From contig JAFGOX010000032.1 of the NCBI GenBank assembly GCA_016926295.1, positions 1 through 49,728 on the forward strand: a stretch of DNA of 49,728 nucleotides, written 5' to 3'. The position numbers and the translations under genes were made by a program. The DNA is from Candidatus Iainarchaeum sp. Its GTDB lineage: Archaea; Iainarchaeota; Iainarchaeia; JAFGOX01. The notes beneath the pieces were generated by a model. The model saw nothing but the letters and a program-made list of their open reading frames with translations. It was not told the DNA's origin and searched no databases. Positions 18,653 to 28,049 of this stretch are shown in pieces; positions within the stretch are counted from its first letter, which is position 1, and every line of letters begins with the position of its first letter.

Positions 18653-20092
18653 ATGACACTAAGCCCCAAATACATCGTTGTTTTTTGGCTTTTTCTAGCT
18701 TTGCTGCTTTTTGTTTTTCCGGATTTTTATTTGCAGGCTCACGGAATCGCCAAGTTATTATTTGAAGGATATTCATACGGAAAACTTATGGCTTTCCTGT
18801 TATGGGAGATTTTCTTCTTTGCGATTATAGCTTTTGCGCCAAAACTAAAGTTCAAGCACAAGTTTGATCCTCTGCAAGCTTTAGGACTGGCAATTTTTGT
18901 AGGATTTATTTTTGGGGTAGTGCTTCAGCTGGGCGTAAACTCAATGATGGATGTTTCGCAGCATGGATACTTGGGAATATTAACTTCCTTCAACGGAACT
19001 GAAACATGGGAGGCCTCCCATTTAGGCCATATCCATTTGGGAAAGGTTGCAATCGCACCATTTGCTGAACTTGGGTTGCTAAATGGGGCAGTGGATAATG
19101 GAATTCCTGTTTTCCAAATGCTGCCCTTTGCATCACTGTTTTCTGTTGTTTTTATTCTCATTGCATTAGCAATAGCCGCATTTGCATTCCTAGAAATCCA
19201 GGAGAAAAAAATATCAACGCATGGAAAAATAATTCTAAGTGTTGCGGTCTTTGCATCAATTGTCACAATAATTGATGGCGGGGTTTTCACGCAGGTTGGA
19301 AAAATAGCAACCGGCCTAATTGTACTTTACTGGGCAACTGAATACATGAAAGGAAAGACAAAATTTGTCGCACAGCTTATTTTTCCCCTTGGTGCAGTAT
19401 TATTCATCCAGACAATCTTTGAGCTGTTTGCAAATTACCAGACTTTGTGGAGCACAGAGCCATTTGTTGTATTAATACTAAGTTTCTTTGTTATTGCCTA
19501 TGAATCCATAAAAGAACTTTTGAAGAAAAGAGACAATATTGAATGGGGGAAACTAATCGTATCATTGATTTTCATTTACTTCCTGTGGCAGCATCTCGAT
19601 TCATATCTAATAGACTATTCAGTAGGCAGTTACCCATCAATGGGGGATGAAATGAGTCTTTTCATTTACGGAATACCCCAAACCGCGACAGATTCTGATG
19701 TGATTTCAGGTTTATCGAAATACGGGGCAGTAAGCAAATTCGAAAGGTGGTCCTGGACAGCAAGGGCGGATTTGACCGTCACAAATCCTACAGCAACAAA
19801 TGTAATGGCAGAAGAAATGAAGGAAAAATTAAAACCAGATTCATACTTTTACATATTAAGGCTTTGGGAAGCGCAGACAATCTGGGTGATAGACCCGACA
19901 GGAAACGACGCTTTGGAGAAGCTGGATTCTGAATTTGTAAAAGTGACAAAAATAAAGGACATTGGAGGAAAAAGAAAAATAGGAGTGAGAACAAAAATGG
20001 ACCCGATATGGACCTCATTGTATCTGCTTGATTATCTAAAGATGATTGGCAGGGATGAGCCATTAGTTTTGGTTACGGACTGGTTTGAATGA
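18653..20092 (+). CDS. Uncharacterised polytopic membrane protein
   Basis: Many TM segments, HLGHIHLGK loop, IIDGG motif, soluble C-terminal domain; ATGA overlap with the next gene. Confidence 0.75.
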   Translation: MTLSPKYIVVFWLFLALLLFVFPDFYLQAHGIAKLLFEGYSYGKLMAFLLWEIFFFAIIAFAPKLKFKHKFDPLQALGLAIFVGFIFGVVLQLGVNSMMDVSQHGYLGILTSFNGTETWEASHLGHIHLGKVAIAPFAELGLLNGAVDNGIPVFQMLPFASLFSVVFILIALAIAAFAFLEIQEKKISTHGKIILSVAVFASIVTIIDGGVFTQVGKIATGLIVLYWATEYMKGKTKFVAQLIFPLGAVLFIQTIFELFANYQTLWSTEPFVVLILSFFVIAYESIKELLKKRDNIEWGKLIVSLIFIYFLWQHLDSYLIDYSVGSYPSMGDEMSLFIYGIPQTATDSDVISGLSKYGAVSKFERWSWTARADLTVTNPTATNVMAEEMKEKLKPDSYFYILRLWEAQTIWVIDPTGNDALEKLDSEFVKVTKIKDIGGKRKIGVRTKMDPIWTSLYLLDYLKMIGRDEPLVLVTDWFE

Positions 20093-22194
20093 TAACAGGA
20101 AAATCCGATTCAGTGTTTGTTGCAATATCACTTGCAGTGATATTCTGCTTGCTCTTGGTTCCAATCTGGGGAATTTTAAGCCCAAAAATATCATTCATAA
20201 GCATGGAGCTGCTCAACCACGACAAAGTAATCTACGGGGACAGCATATCAATGGTTTCATTCCAGATGACCCCCTACAACACAAGCAGCGACCTAATAAG
20301 GGATGTAAAAATCTACACCAATGACAATCTTGTGTTCAAAAAAGAAGCAACAATCACACCAGACGAGCCAACAAGAATGGGGCTGATGCTAAATGGAAGT
20401 GAAATGCAGCTCGGCGACAATCTCATAACAATCACAGCAGGAGAAAAATCATTATTTTACCACATAGAAAAACGGGAGGGCACAGGTATTTCTGAAAAAG
20501 TAGTTTTGCCGGATAAACTTCCTGAAACAGAATCACAGGACCCGTTATCACCAATAAAGCTGCCTTTGTTCTTTGCTTTATTCTTTATTCCGGGATGTTT
20601 CCTTTTCAGACACAAAGTAACGCTTGAAAGGCTTGCACTAACTTTTGCATTAGGTTGTACTTTATTCATAATTACTCCCTGGGTTCTGAACTATGGGGGG
20701 TTACTGAACAGTTTGAATCTTATTCTGGCACTTGGATTCATTTCCTTACTGGCCATAGTAATGAACTACAAAAAGAAAGCTCCAAAAGAAAAGAACGTGG
20801 AGATAAACCGGATAATGCTGCTTGTTTGCGCAGGAATAATACTGGCGGGAATACTGATGCTGTTCCTTCCTTCCCACTACAATCTCTGGAATGTGTTCTA
20901 TGAAAGATACTCAGAGCAAATGATTGGAAGCGGGACAATACCAATGGAAGACCCTTTCAGTTATCTTGGGAGGGGTTACACTTTTGTTGAGGGATATTTC
21001 CTGTTCAGTGCAGCAAGCGCATGGATTACAGGATACTCCGGAACAATGGTTTTTGGATTGGTTCAGGCAATGCTTAATGGATTCTTTATAATCTCTGTGC
21101 TGAATTTCGGCCGCTCACTTGGATTCAAGCTAAAAGAACAGCTTCTCGTTTTGCTTTTCCTACTTGCATCAGTCTTCATATTTGTAACCTTTGCAATGTC
21201 GCCAAAGCACATACTCGCACTGGCATTATTGTTAACCGCAACAGCATACATGATTGAACGGGATAAATTTGTAATATCCGGCGGATTGGCTGCAATGGCA
21301 GCATACTCACAAGCGCTAATGGGCGTGATGTATCCTATTCTTTATTTGCTTTTTGTAAAAAAGACAGACTGGCCGAAGTTCCTGAAAAGTATTGCAATAA
21401 TGCTGCTTGTGTTTGCTATAATTTACCTTCCGATATATGCGCACTCTGGCCTTCCGTATGAAGTAAATGAGTCAACATGGGGCTATCTGATAAAGGCGGA
21501 CGTCAGTCAGGCAATTACAGACCTTGGCGGATTAGTCGCAGTTCTTCTGATTATAGGGGCTGCAGCAACCATAGGAAAATGGAAGAAAATAAAATTCAGG
21601 CAGAAGAAAATAATCCTGTTCACTTTGCTTTTTGTCTTTGCAGAAATATTCATCACATACAGGGCAAACATTTTCCTTTCACTGACTCTTGCAGTAGGAT
21701 TCATCTACGCATTCAAAGACAATTTCAAGGACAAGTGGCTTTACATTGTAATTTTGCTGATTGCTTTATTCTCAATATACCTGAACTTCCAGGTACTGCA
21801 GTGGTCGACTCTGGATGAAGCATTAATCAGTTCCGGAACCTTCATTAATCTGAACAGCAATGAAAACGCAAGAATATTAAGTGACCCGCTGTATGGCCAT
21901 GCAGTAACCTATTTCGCACAAAGGCCGGCATTATCAGACTTATATGTGGAATACGCAAGTGAAGAAAAGCTCAATGATACATACGATTTCATAATAAATG
22001 AAAACCTGGCTGTGCTTCAAAAATACAAAATAGATTATGTAATGATAAACAGGAATTCAATAATAAATGAGGCAAGGAATGTAATTAATTATCCAAAACC
22101 AAAGGAATTCACAACCTTGGATAAGATAATTAGCGCAAAGGAAATAGATGTATACGCAACGCAGGTTGGTAATTATGGTCAAACCGCAAACTAA
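20089..22194 (+). CDS. Large polytopic membrane protein, GT-C/AglB-like architecture
   Basis: N-terminal TM plus beta-rich domain, more than 12 TM segments, DPFSYLGRGYTF loop, C-terminal ILSDPLYGH...LQKYKIDYV. Function is inferred. Confidence 0.6.
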   Translation: MITGKSDSVFVAISLAVIFCLLLVPIWGILSPKISFISMELLNHDKVIYGDSISMVSFQMTPYNTSSDLIRDVKIYTNDNLVFKKEATITPDEPTRMGLMLNGSEMQLGDNLITITAGEKSLFYHIEKREGTGISEKVVLPDKLPETESQDPLSPIKLPLFFALFFIPGCFLFRHKVTLERLALTFALGCTLFIITPWVLNYGGLLNSLNLILALGFISLLAIVMNYKKKAPKEKNVEINRIMLLVCAGIILAGILMLFLPSHYNLWNVFYERYSEQMIGSGTIPMEDPFSYLGRGYTFVEGYFLFSAASAWITGYSGTMVFGLVQAMLNGFFIISVLNFGRSLGFKLKEQLLVLLFLLASVFIFVTFAMSPKHILALALLLTATAYMIERDKFVISGGLAAMAAYSQALMGVMYPILYLLFVKKTDWPKFLKSIAIMLLVFAIIYLPIYAHSGLPYEVNESTWGYLIKADVSQAITDLGGLVAVLLIIGAAATIGKWKKIKFRQKKIILFTLLFVFAEIFITYRANIFLSLTLAVGFIYAFKDNFKDKWLYIVILLIALFSIYLNFQVLQWSTLDEALISSGTFINLNSNENARILSDPLYGHAVTYFAQRPALSDLYVEYASEEKLNDTYDFIINENLAVLQKYKIDYVMINRNSIINEARNVINYPKPKEFTTLDKIISAKEIDVYATQVGNYGQTAN

Positions 22195-22483
22195 AAACAA
22201 AATGCAAGATGTGGCAAAAGAAAGAATTGCTAAACTCTTTGAATTAGCCAGAAAAGAATTTGACAAATATCCTGAACGCTCAAACAAATATGTCAAACAG
22301 GCAAGAGACATAGCAACAAGATACAATGTTCGCTTTCCAAAATCATTAAAGATTCAGTTTTGTAAAAAATGCGGAGTATTCTGGGTGCAAGGAAAAAACG
22401 TAACAGTAAGAACTAATAAGAAAACTAAATCTGTAGAATACGAATGCAAAGAATGCAAGGCAAAGAAACGGTTTGGCTACTAA
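22175..22483 (+). CDS. rnp4: Ribonuclease P protein component 4 (Rpp21)
   Basis: VAKERIAKLF...KYVKQARDIA...FCKKC...ECKEC...RFGY. Confidence 0.93.
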   Translation: MVKPQTKNKMQDVAKERIAKLFELARKEFDKYPERSNKYVKQARDIATRYNVRFPKSLKIQFCKKCGVFWVQGKNVTVRTNKKTKSVEYECKECKAKKRFGY

Positions 22484-22965
22484 TTCTTTTTCTCTAAATA
22501 ATTCTTAATTGCTGCGCGTAGAGCCTGGTCGCCCAAAACAGAACAATGGAATTTTCTTGGTGGTAAATCGCCTAGTCTTTTAACTATGTCCTGCGCGGTT
22601 AGTTTCAACGCGTCTTCTATTTTCATTCCGCCATTCTCAGTTACCATAACAGAAAGAATGGATGTACTGGCAATTGCTGATGCACAACCAAAAGTCTGCC
22701 ATTTGCATTCTACAATCTTCCCATCTTTAACTTTAATCCACATCTTCATTACGTCCCCACAGGCAGGAGAACCGACCATTGCTTCGCCATCAGCTTTGTA
22801 ATTTTCAGCTTCTTCTTTTGTCTTGAAAATATTTCTAGGATTAAAGAAATGATCGCGAACATTCTCATTGTAAAACCATTCTCTAAGTGTTTCAATGTCT
22901 TCCTTTTCCTTTACATCACATTGTTCAGCAACAGGGCAGGTTTCACATTTGTTCTTTTCACTCAT
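22480..22965 (-). CDS. iscU: Fe-S scaffold IscU/NifU-N with Cys-rich N-terminal extension
   Basis: DHFFNPRN, GSPACGD, TFGCASAIAS, KFHCSVL. Confidence 0.94.
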   Translation of the reverse strand: MSEKNKCETCPVAEQCDVKEKEDIETLREWFYNENVRDHFFNPRNIFKTKEEAENYKADGEAMVGSPACGDVMKMWIKVKDGKIVECKWQTFGCASAIASTSILSVMVTENGGMKIEDALKLTAQDIVKRLGDLPPRKFHCSVLGDQALRAAIKNYLEKKN

Positions 22966-24157
22966 TTTTATTCCACTCCTCTAAAATCTTTTCCAAATCA
23001 ACTTCTACAGGAGACATATTTCTAAGTTCTTCAATTATTTTTGGAAGAACGTCTAAAACATAATCAATATCTTCTTCAGTTGTTCTATGCCCCAAAGAAA
23101 ATCTTACGCTTCCATGTGCAATTTCATCTGGCATTCCTGTTGCAGTAACAACATAAGATGCCTCTAATGTTTTTGATGTGCAGGCAGAGCCAGTTGATAC
23201 ATAGATTCCTAGTGCATCCAATCTCAAAATAATGGATTCCCCTTCAACATCTGCAAATGCAATATTCAAATTGTTTGGAAGTCTTTCTGTTGGATGTCCG
23301 TTCAATAAGGTTTTTGGAATTTCTAAAAGTCCTTTCTTTAATTTATCTCTTAACAAAATTAATCTTTTTGATTCTTCATCTTTAGAAGTTTGCGCTAATT
23401 CCAAAGCTTTTGCAAAACCAACTATTGATGGAATGTTTTCAGTTCCGCTTCTCAAACCTTTTTCTTGTCCTCCGCCATGAATAATTGGCTCTATTTTAAC
23501 TCCATCTCTTACATATAACAATCCAATTCCTTTTGGACCATAAAGTTTACTTCCATTCAAAGTCATTAAGTCAACACCAAGCTCCTTGACATCAATTGAT
23601 AGTTGTCCACCCGCCTGGCAAGCATCAGTATGGAAAAGAATTCCTTTTTCCTTGGCAATTTTAGAAATTTCTTTGATTGGTTCGATTGTTCCAATTTCAT
23701 TATTGGCATACATTATTGTAATCAGGATTGTATCATTTCTGATTGCCTTCTTCAAATCATTCAACCTAATCTGGCCATACTTGTCAACATCCAAATAAGT
23801 GACTTCATAACCGTCTTTCTCCAAGGCCTTGCAGGAGTCCAAAACCGCATGGTGCTCAATTTTACAAGTGATTATATGACGTCCTTTTTCCTTATTAGCC
23901 CTTGCTACGCCTTTAATCGCCAAATTATCGCTTTCTGTTCCACTTCCGACAAAATAAACTTCTAAAGGAAGGGCATTTATTAGCTCTGCTACGGTTTTAC
24001 GGGCATTTCTAAGTGCCCCTTTAGCCTTAAGTCCCTTGCTGTTAAACGCACTTGGATTACCAAAACGCTCACAAAAATAAGGGTCCATAGCCGATTTTAC
24101 CTCTGGCAAAACGTAAGTCGTAGCTGCGTGGTCAAGATATATATCCCTAGTCTCCAT
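22958..24157 (-). CDS. iscS: Cysteine desulfurase IscS/NifS (group I)
   Basis: YLDHAATT, FGNPS, SGTESDN, ANNEIG, HTDACQ, KLYGPKG, RSGTEN, catalytic STGSAC. Confidence 0.96.
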   Translation of the reverse strand: METRDIYLDHAATTYVLPEVKSAMDPYFCERFGNPSAFNSKGLKAKGALRNARKTVAELINALPLEVYFVGSGTESDNLAIKGVARANKEKGRHIITCKIEHHAVLDSCKALEKDGYEVTYLDVDKYGQIRLNDLKKAIRNDTILITIMYANNEIGTIEPIKEISKIAKEKGILFHTDACQAGGQLSIDVKELGVDLMTLNGSKLYGPKGIGLLYVRDGVKIEPIIHGGGQEKGLRSGTENIPSIVGFAKALELAQTSKDEESKRLILLRDKLKKGLLEIPKTLLNGHPTERLPNNLNIAFADVEGESIILRLDALGIYVSTGSACTSKTLEASYVVTATGMPDEIAHGSVRFSLGHRTTEEDIDYVLDVLPKIIEELRNMSPVEVDLEKILEEWNKNE

Positions 24158-24332
24158 AAAATCACATACAAACAGTAACTAATATTTGCCAGGATTATTA
24201 TAAAAAGTTAACGATTGTTAATTATAGCTAAAACCGGTATAATATTAAGTATTTAAAGGCTTCGTGGCCGATTATATATTATAAGAACCAAAAAACAAAA
24301 ACGGTTTTTATAAGCCAACTGGAGGTTTTTGC

Positions 24333-24785
24333 ATGGCTACAGCATACGATGTACCTGCAGCTACCTTAATTAACCGCGTGGCTGCGGATTTCAAAGGAAG
24401 ATCCGAATTTAAAGCCCCGGAATGGTCGCTGTATGTTAAAACTGGCCCTCATGTACAAAGGGCACCAGATAATCCTGACTGGTGGTATGTCAGAACTGCC
24501 ACTGTGTTGAGGAGAATCTATATGGACGGTCCTGTCGGAACACAAAGACTTAGGACCTACTTCGGTGGAAGAAAAAACAGGGGAATAAGACCGCACACAC
24601 AACAAAGATCCGGAGGAAAAATAATTAGAGTTGCTTTGCAGCAACTAGAGAAAGCAGGTTACATAAAATCCTTCGAAAAGAAAGGAAGAGTTATAACGCC
24701 TGCAGGGAAAAAATATTTAGATAAACTCGCCATTGAGCTAAAAAAGGAATTAGAAAAAACACGCCCCGAATTAGCAAAATACTAG
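24333..24785 (+). CDS. rps19e: 30S ribosomal protein S19e
   Basis: PEWSLYVKTG, DWWYVRTATVLRRIY, IIRVALQQLE; GGAGG RBS. Confidence 0.97.
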   Translation: MATAYDVPAATLINRVAADFKGRSEFKAPEWSLYVKTGPHVQRAPDNPDWWYVRTATVLRRIYMDGPVGTQRLRTYFGGRKNRGIRPHTQQRSGGKIIRVALQQLEKAGYIKSFEKKGRVITPAGKKYLDKLAIELKKELEKTRPELAKY

Positions 24786-24794
24786 GTGGCTCAA

Positions 24795-25118
24795 ATGGTT
24801 ACTGAAGCAGAACTCAACGAGTTAAGGCAAAGAAAATTGGCAGAGATTCAGCAACAGGCAATGCAACAAGAGCAACAAGTTGCAGCAATAGAATCACAAA
24901 TCAATATTCTCTTGTCCAGACTATTATCTCCGGAAGCAAAGGCAAGACTGACAAACATAAAACTCGTGAATCCGGAAAAATACGCGCAGGTTGTCCAGCT
25001 TCTGGCATATCTTGCACAGAGCGGACAATTAAAAGACAAAGTTTCTGATGAAGAACTGAAAGCGCTGCTTCAGAAAATGAGTGGAGAAAAAAGAGAAACT
25101 AAAATAAAAAGAATTTAG
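24795..25118 (+). CDS. PDCD5/TFAR19-like DNA-binding protein
   Basis: ELNELRQRKLAEIQ, LSPEAKARLTNIKLVNPE, VSDEELKALL; expected position after rps19e. Confidence 0.92.
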   Translation: MVTEAELNELRQRKLAEIQQQAMQQEQQVAAIESQINILLSRLLSPEAKARLTNIKLVNPEKYAQVVQLLAYLAQSGQLKDKVSDEELKALLQKMSGEKRETKIKRI

Positions 25119-25127
25119 GTGAAAACT

Positions 25128-25298
25128 ATGACAAAAAAAAGTTCACACTTGAAGGAATATCTTAACGCAGTAAGAAAAATAAGATCCAGAGCACCTATTT
25201 GGACCTGGGCAAAATCAGGTTCAAGAATCCAAACAAGAAAAAAGAACTGGAGAGAAGCAACTGTAGGAAAAGATTACAGAAATGAATTTGGAAGATAG
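25128..25298 (+). CDS. rpl39e: 50S ribosomal protein L39e (absent from the ORF track)
   Basis: Hand translation MTKKSSHLKEYLNAVRKIRSRAPIWTWAKSGSRIQTRKKNWREATVGKDYRNEFGR; PxW...WR pattern, AGGTGA RBS, expected position before rpl31e. Confidence 0.85.
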   Translation: MTKKSSHLKEYLNAVRKIRSRAPIWTWAKSGSRIQTRKKNWREATVGKDYRNEFGR

Positions 25299-25306
25299 GC
25301 GATAAT

Positions 25307-25783
25307 ATGGTAGAAGAAATAAGAAAATATACTGTACCACTTAGGGAATCTTACAAAAGGACTCGTGTACACCGCGCGCAAAGAGCCATAAAGGACGTAC
25401 GTGCTTTTGTCTCAAAACACATGAAAACAAGTGAAGACAATGTGATACTTGAGGAAAGCATCAACCACACAGTATGGTCAAGAAGCGGTAAGAAAGTTGT
25501 GCCGAAAATAACAATAGAAACTGAAAGGACAAAAGAAGGAAAAGTAAGGGCATGGGTTGCAGGAAAGAGAAAAGTAGTTGAAAAACCAAAGGAAGAAAAG
25601 AAACCTGCAAAGAAAGAAGAAAAGCCTGATGAAAAAGAGGCAGAGAAGAAAGAGGAAACCAAAGGGGAAAAGGAAGAAAAAGCAGCAAAGGAAGCACCCA
25701 AGAAAGCCGGACAAAAAGCTGTGAAGGAAAAAACAACTCCTACAAAACAACCACGACAGGCCTTGCAATCAAAAGGCAGGTAA
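25307..25783 (+). CDS. rpl31e: 50S ribosomal protein L31e with K/E-rich C-terminal tail
   Basis: YTVPLR...RAQRAIKDVRAFVSKHMK...INHTVWSRS. Confidence 0.93.
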   Translation: MVEEIRKYTVPLRESYKRTRVHRAQRAIKDVRAFVSKHMKTSEDNVILEESINHTVWSRSGKKVVPKITIETERTKEGKVRAWVAGKRKVVEKPKEEKKPAKKEEKPDEKEAEKKEETKGEKEEKAAKEAPKKAGQKAVKEKTTPTKQPRQALQSKGR

Positions 25784-25786
25784 CAA

Positions 25787-26446
25787 ATGAACATAAACAA
25801 ACTGAGTCTGCAGAATAATCCCTATATTGGATTGTTCTGTAGTACTAATGACAAGATAACCTTAGTTCCCAGTCTCTCAACAGCGAAAGAGATTAACATA
25901 ATCAGGGATATGCTGGGAACAGAAGTCATAAAGACGCGGGTTTGCGGAACCTACTTAATCGGGGTTTTTGTCAGGGGAAACAGCAAGAACTTTGTTATTG
26001 GAGACGCATTGTCTGAAGATGAAAAGCAAAAGCTGAAAGACCTTGGTCTGAAACTGGTTGAAATACCCTCTAATTTGAACGCATTCGGAAATCTTATTGC
26101 ATGCAATGACAAAGCAGCAATAATCGCACCTGAACTAAAAGACAAAAAGAAGCAGATAGAGAAGGCGCTTGATGTAAAGGCAAAGGAAATGATAATTGCC
26201 GGGCTGAACATTGTAGGCTCATGCTTAACTGTGACAAATAAAGGTTTTGTTGTAAATCCAAACATAAGCGAGAAGGATTTCAAAGGTCTTGAGAAATTGT
26301 TCGGAGTAAAAGGAATAGTATCAACTGCAAACTATGGAGACAGGTTTGTATCACATTCAGTATTGGCAAACTCAAACGGGGCAGTAGTCGGAACACTAAC
26401 TACAAGTCCGGAAATAATTCACATAACTGAAGGTTTAAATTTATAG
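25787..26446 (+). CDS. eif6: Translation initiation factor aIF6
   Basis: NPYIGLF, GNLIACNDK, TANYG, LANSNGAVVG..TTSPE. Confidence 0.94.
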   Translation: MNINKLSLQNNPYIGLFCSTNDKITLVPSLSTAKEINIIRDMLGTEVIKTRVCGTYLIGVFVRGNSKNFVIGDALSEDEKQKLKDLGLKLVEIPSNLNAFGNLIACNDKAAIIAPELKDKKKQIEKALDVKAKEMIIAGLNIVGSCLTVTNKGFVVNPNISEKDFKGLEKLFGVKGIVSTANYGDRFVSHSVLANSNGAVVGTLTTSPEIIHITEGLNL

Positions 26447-26456
26447 GAGGAATAAT

Positions 26457-26909
26457 ATGGCAGCAAAAAAGGAAAAGAGTGAAGGCAGCGGACTCCAAGG
26501 ACTAAAAGAAAATCCGCAAATTATGATGGCCGTTATCAACTCAGGAAGAGAAAGACTGGCAATGATGCAGCAGGAAATGGCACAATTAAACTCAAGAATG
26601 GCAGAAATAGACATTGCAATTAAAACTTTGCAGTACATGGAAAAGAATCAGGACGAAAGACTAATGCTTCCAATTGGCGCAGGCGTATACATACAAGCAG
26701 GAATCCCAAAAGACTCACAAATCTACAGTGAAATTGGCTCCGGAGCAATACTAAAGAAAGACAGAAAAGAAGCCTTGGAAATACTTGAAGATGCAAAGGG
26801 CAAGGCCGAGCAGTTGCAAAGACAGATACTTATCGAGCAATCACAGATTACAGCAAAGATAAATGAAACAAGCATGAAGCTGCAAGAAATGATGGGCCAG
26901 AAGAAGTAA
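26457..26909 (+). CDS. pfdA: Prefoldin alpha subunit
   Basis: Coiled coils flanking LMLPIGAGVYI...EIGSG beta hairpins. Confidence 0.92.
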   Translation: MAAKKEKSEGSGLQGLKENPQIMMAVINSGRERLAMMQQEMAQLNSRMAEIDIAIKTLQYMEKNQDERLMLPIGAGVYIQAGIPKDSQIYSEIGSGAILKKDRKEALEILEDAKGKAEQLQRQILIEQSQITAKINETSMKLQEMMGQKK

Positions 26910-26917
26910 GGTGAAAA

Positions 26918-28045
26918 ATGTTCGACTTCCTGAAAAAGAAGTTAGGTAATGCTATCAACAGCTTTTCAAAAAAGGTAGAGGAATCTTCAACTGAAAAGGA
27001 AGAGAAAAGGATAGAAGAGCCCATCAAAGAAGAAACGCCTGTTGAAGAGGTCGTGGAAGAAGAACTGGCAGAGGAAACACCAACAGAGCCCTTGCCGGAA
27101 ATCAAAACTATTGAAAAGACGATTGAAATTTCCAAAATAAAAAAGACCGAAGAGGAAAGCAAAAAATTCAAGGCAAAGCTCAAAACAAAACTGAAACACG
27201 GATTAATCGGAAAAATAAAGCTAAGCGAAAAGGAAATCAGCGAATTCTGCTGGGATTTTGAAATGCTTCTGATGGAAAGCGATGTTGAAATAGAAGCAGC
27301 CCAGAAATTAAGCTCAGAACTAAAAGAAATACTTTTGGGCAGCGAATTAACTCGCGGGGACATTACCTCGCAGATAAAAAATCTGATTAGGCAGGTACTT
27401 GAAAAGAACATGGCAGAGGAAAACTTCGACCTTGTTGAAAAGTCAAAGGAAAATCAGCCCTTTATCATAATGTTTATAGGCCCGAATGGCGCAGGAAAGA
27501 CTACTACCATTGCAAAAATAGCAAACATGTTCCTGGAAAACAAAAAGACTGTCGTATTGGCGGCCGCAGATACATTCAGGGCAGGAAGCATACAGCAGAT
27601 AGAAGAACATGCAAAGAAACTGAATGTAAAGGTTGTGAAGCATGATTATGGGGCAGACCCTGCAGCCGTGGCTTATGACGCGGTGGCAAGCGCAAAGGCA
27701 AACAAGACAGATGTCGTCCTGATAGACACGGCAGGAAGGCAACAGACAAATGTGAACCTAATGGATGAATTGGGAAAGGTAAACCGCGTTGCCAAACCAA
27801 ACCTGAAGATTTTTGTCGGAGAGGCGCTTGCAGGACAGGCATTGATAGACCAGGTTGAAACATTCAAGGAAAAAATCGGTCTTGACGGGGTAATACTCAC
27901 AAAGATAGACACTGATGTGAAAGGTGGGGGCGCAATATCAATACTGACAAAACTAAACCTGCCAATACTTTATGTCGGAACCGGACAGAAATACTCAGAT
28001 ATAATAAGATTTACCCCTGAGTTAATACTGGACAGGATACTGTGA
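26918..28045 (+). CDS. ftsY: SRP receptor FtsY
   Basis: MFDFLKKKL, acidic linker, GPNGAGKTTTIAK, DTFR, DTAGR, TKID. Confidence 0.97.
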   Translation: MFDFLKKKLGNAINSFSKKVEESSTEKEEKRIEEPIKEETPVEEVVEEELAEETPTEPLPEIKTIEKTIEISKIKKTEEESKKFKAKLKTKLKHGLIGKIKLSEKEISEFCWDFEMLLMESDVEIEAAQKLSSELKEILLGSELTRGDITSQIKNLIRQVLEKNMAEENFDLVEKSKENQPFIIMFIGPNGAGKTTTIAKIANMFLENKKTVVLAAADTFRAGSIQQIEEHAKKLNVKVVKHDYGADPAAVAYDAVASAKANKTDVVLIDTAGRQQTNVNLMDELGKVNRVAKPNLKIFVGEALAGQALIDQVETFKEKIGLDGVILTKIDTDVKGGGAISILTKLNLPILYVGTGQKYSDIIRFTPELILDRIL

Positions 28046-28049
28046 TAAA

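Noticed and set aside
25351..25800. Phe/Ser/Leu-rich minus-strand ORFs here and opposite other genes
   Set aside because: Antisense shadows of A-rich, Lys/Glu-rich coding strands.
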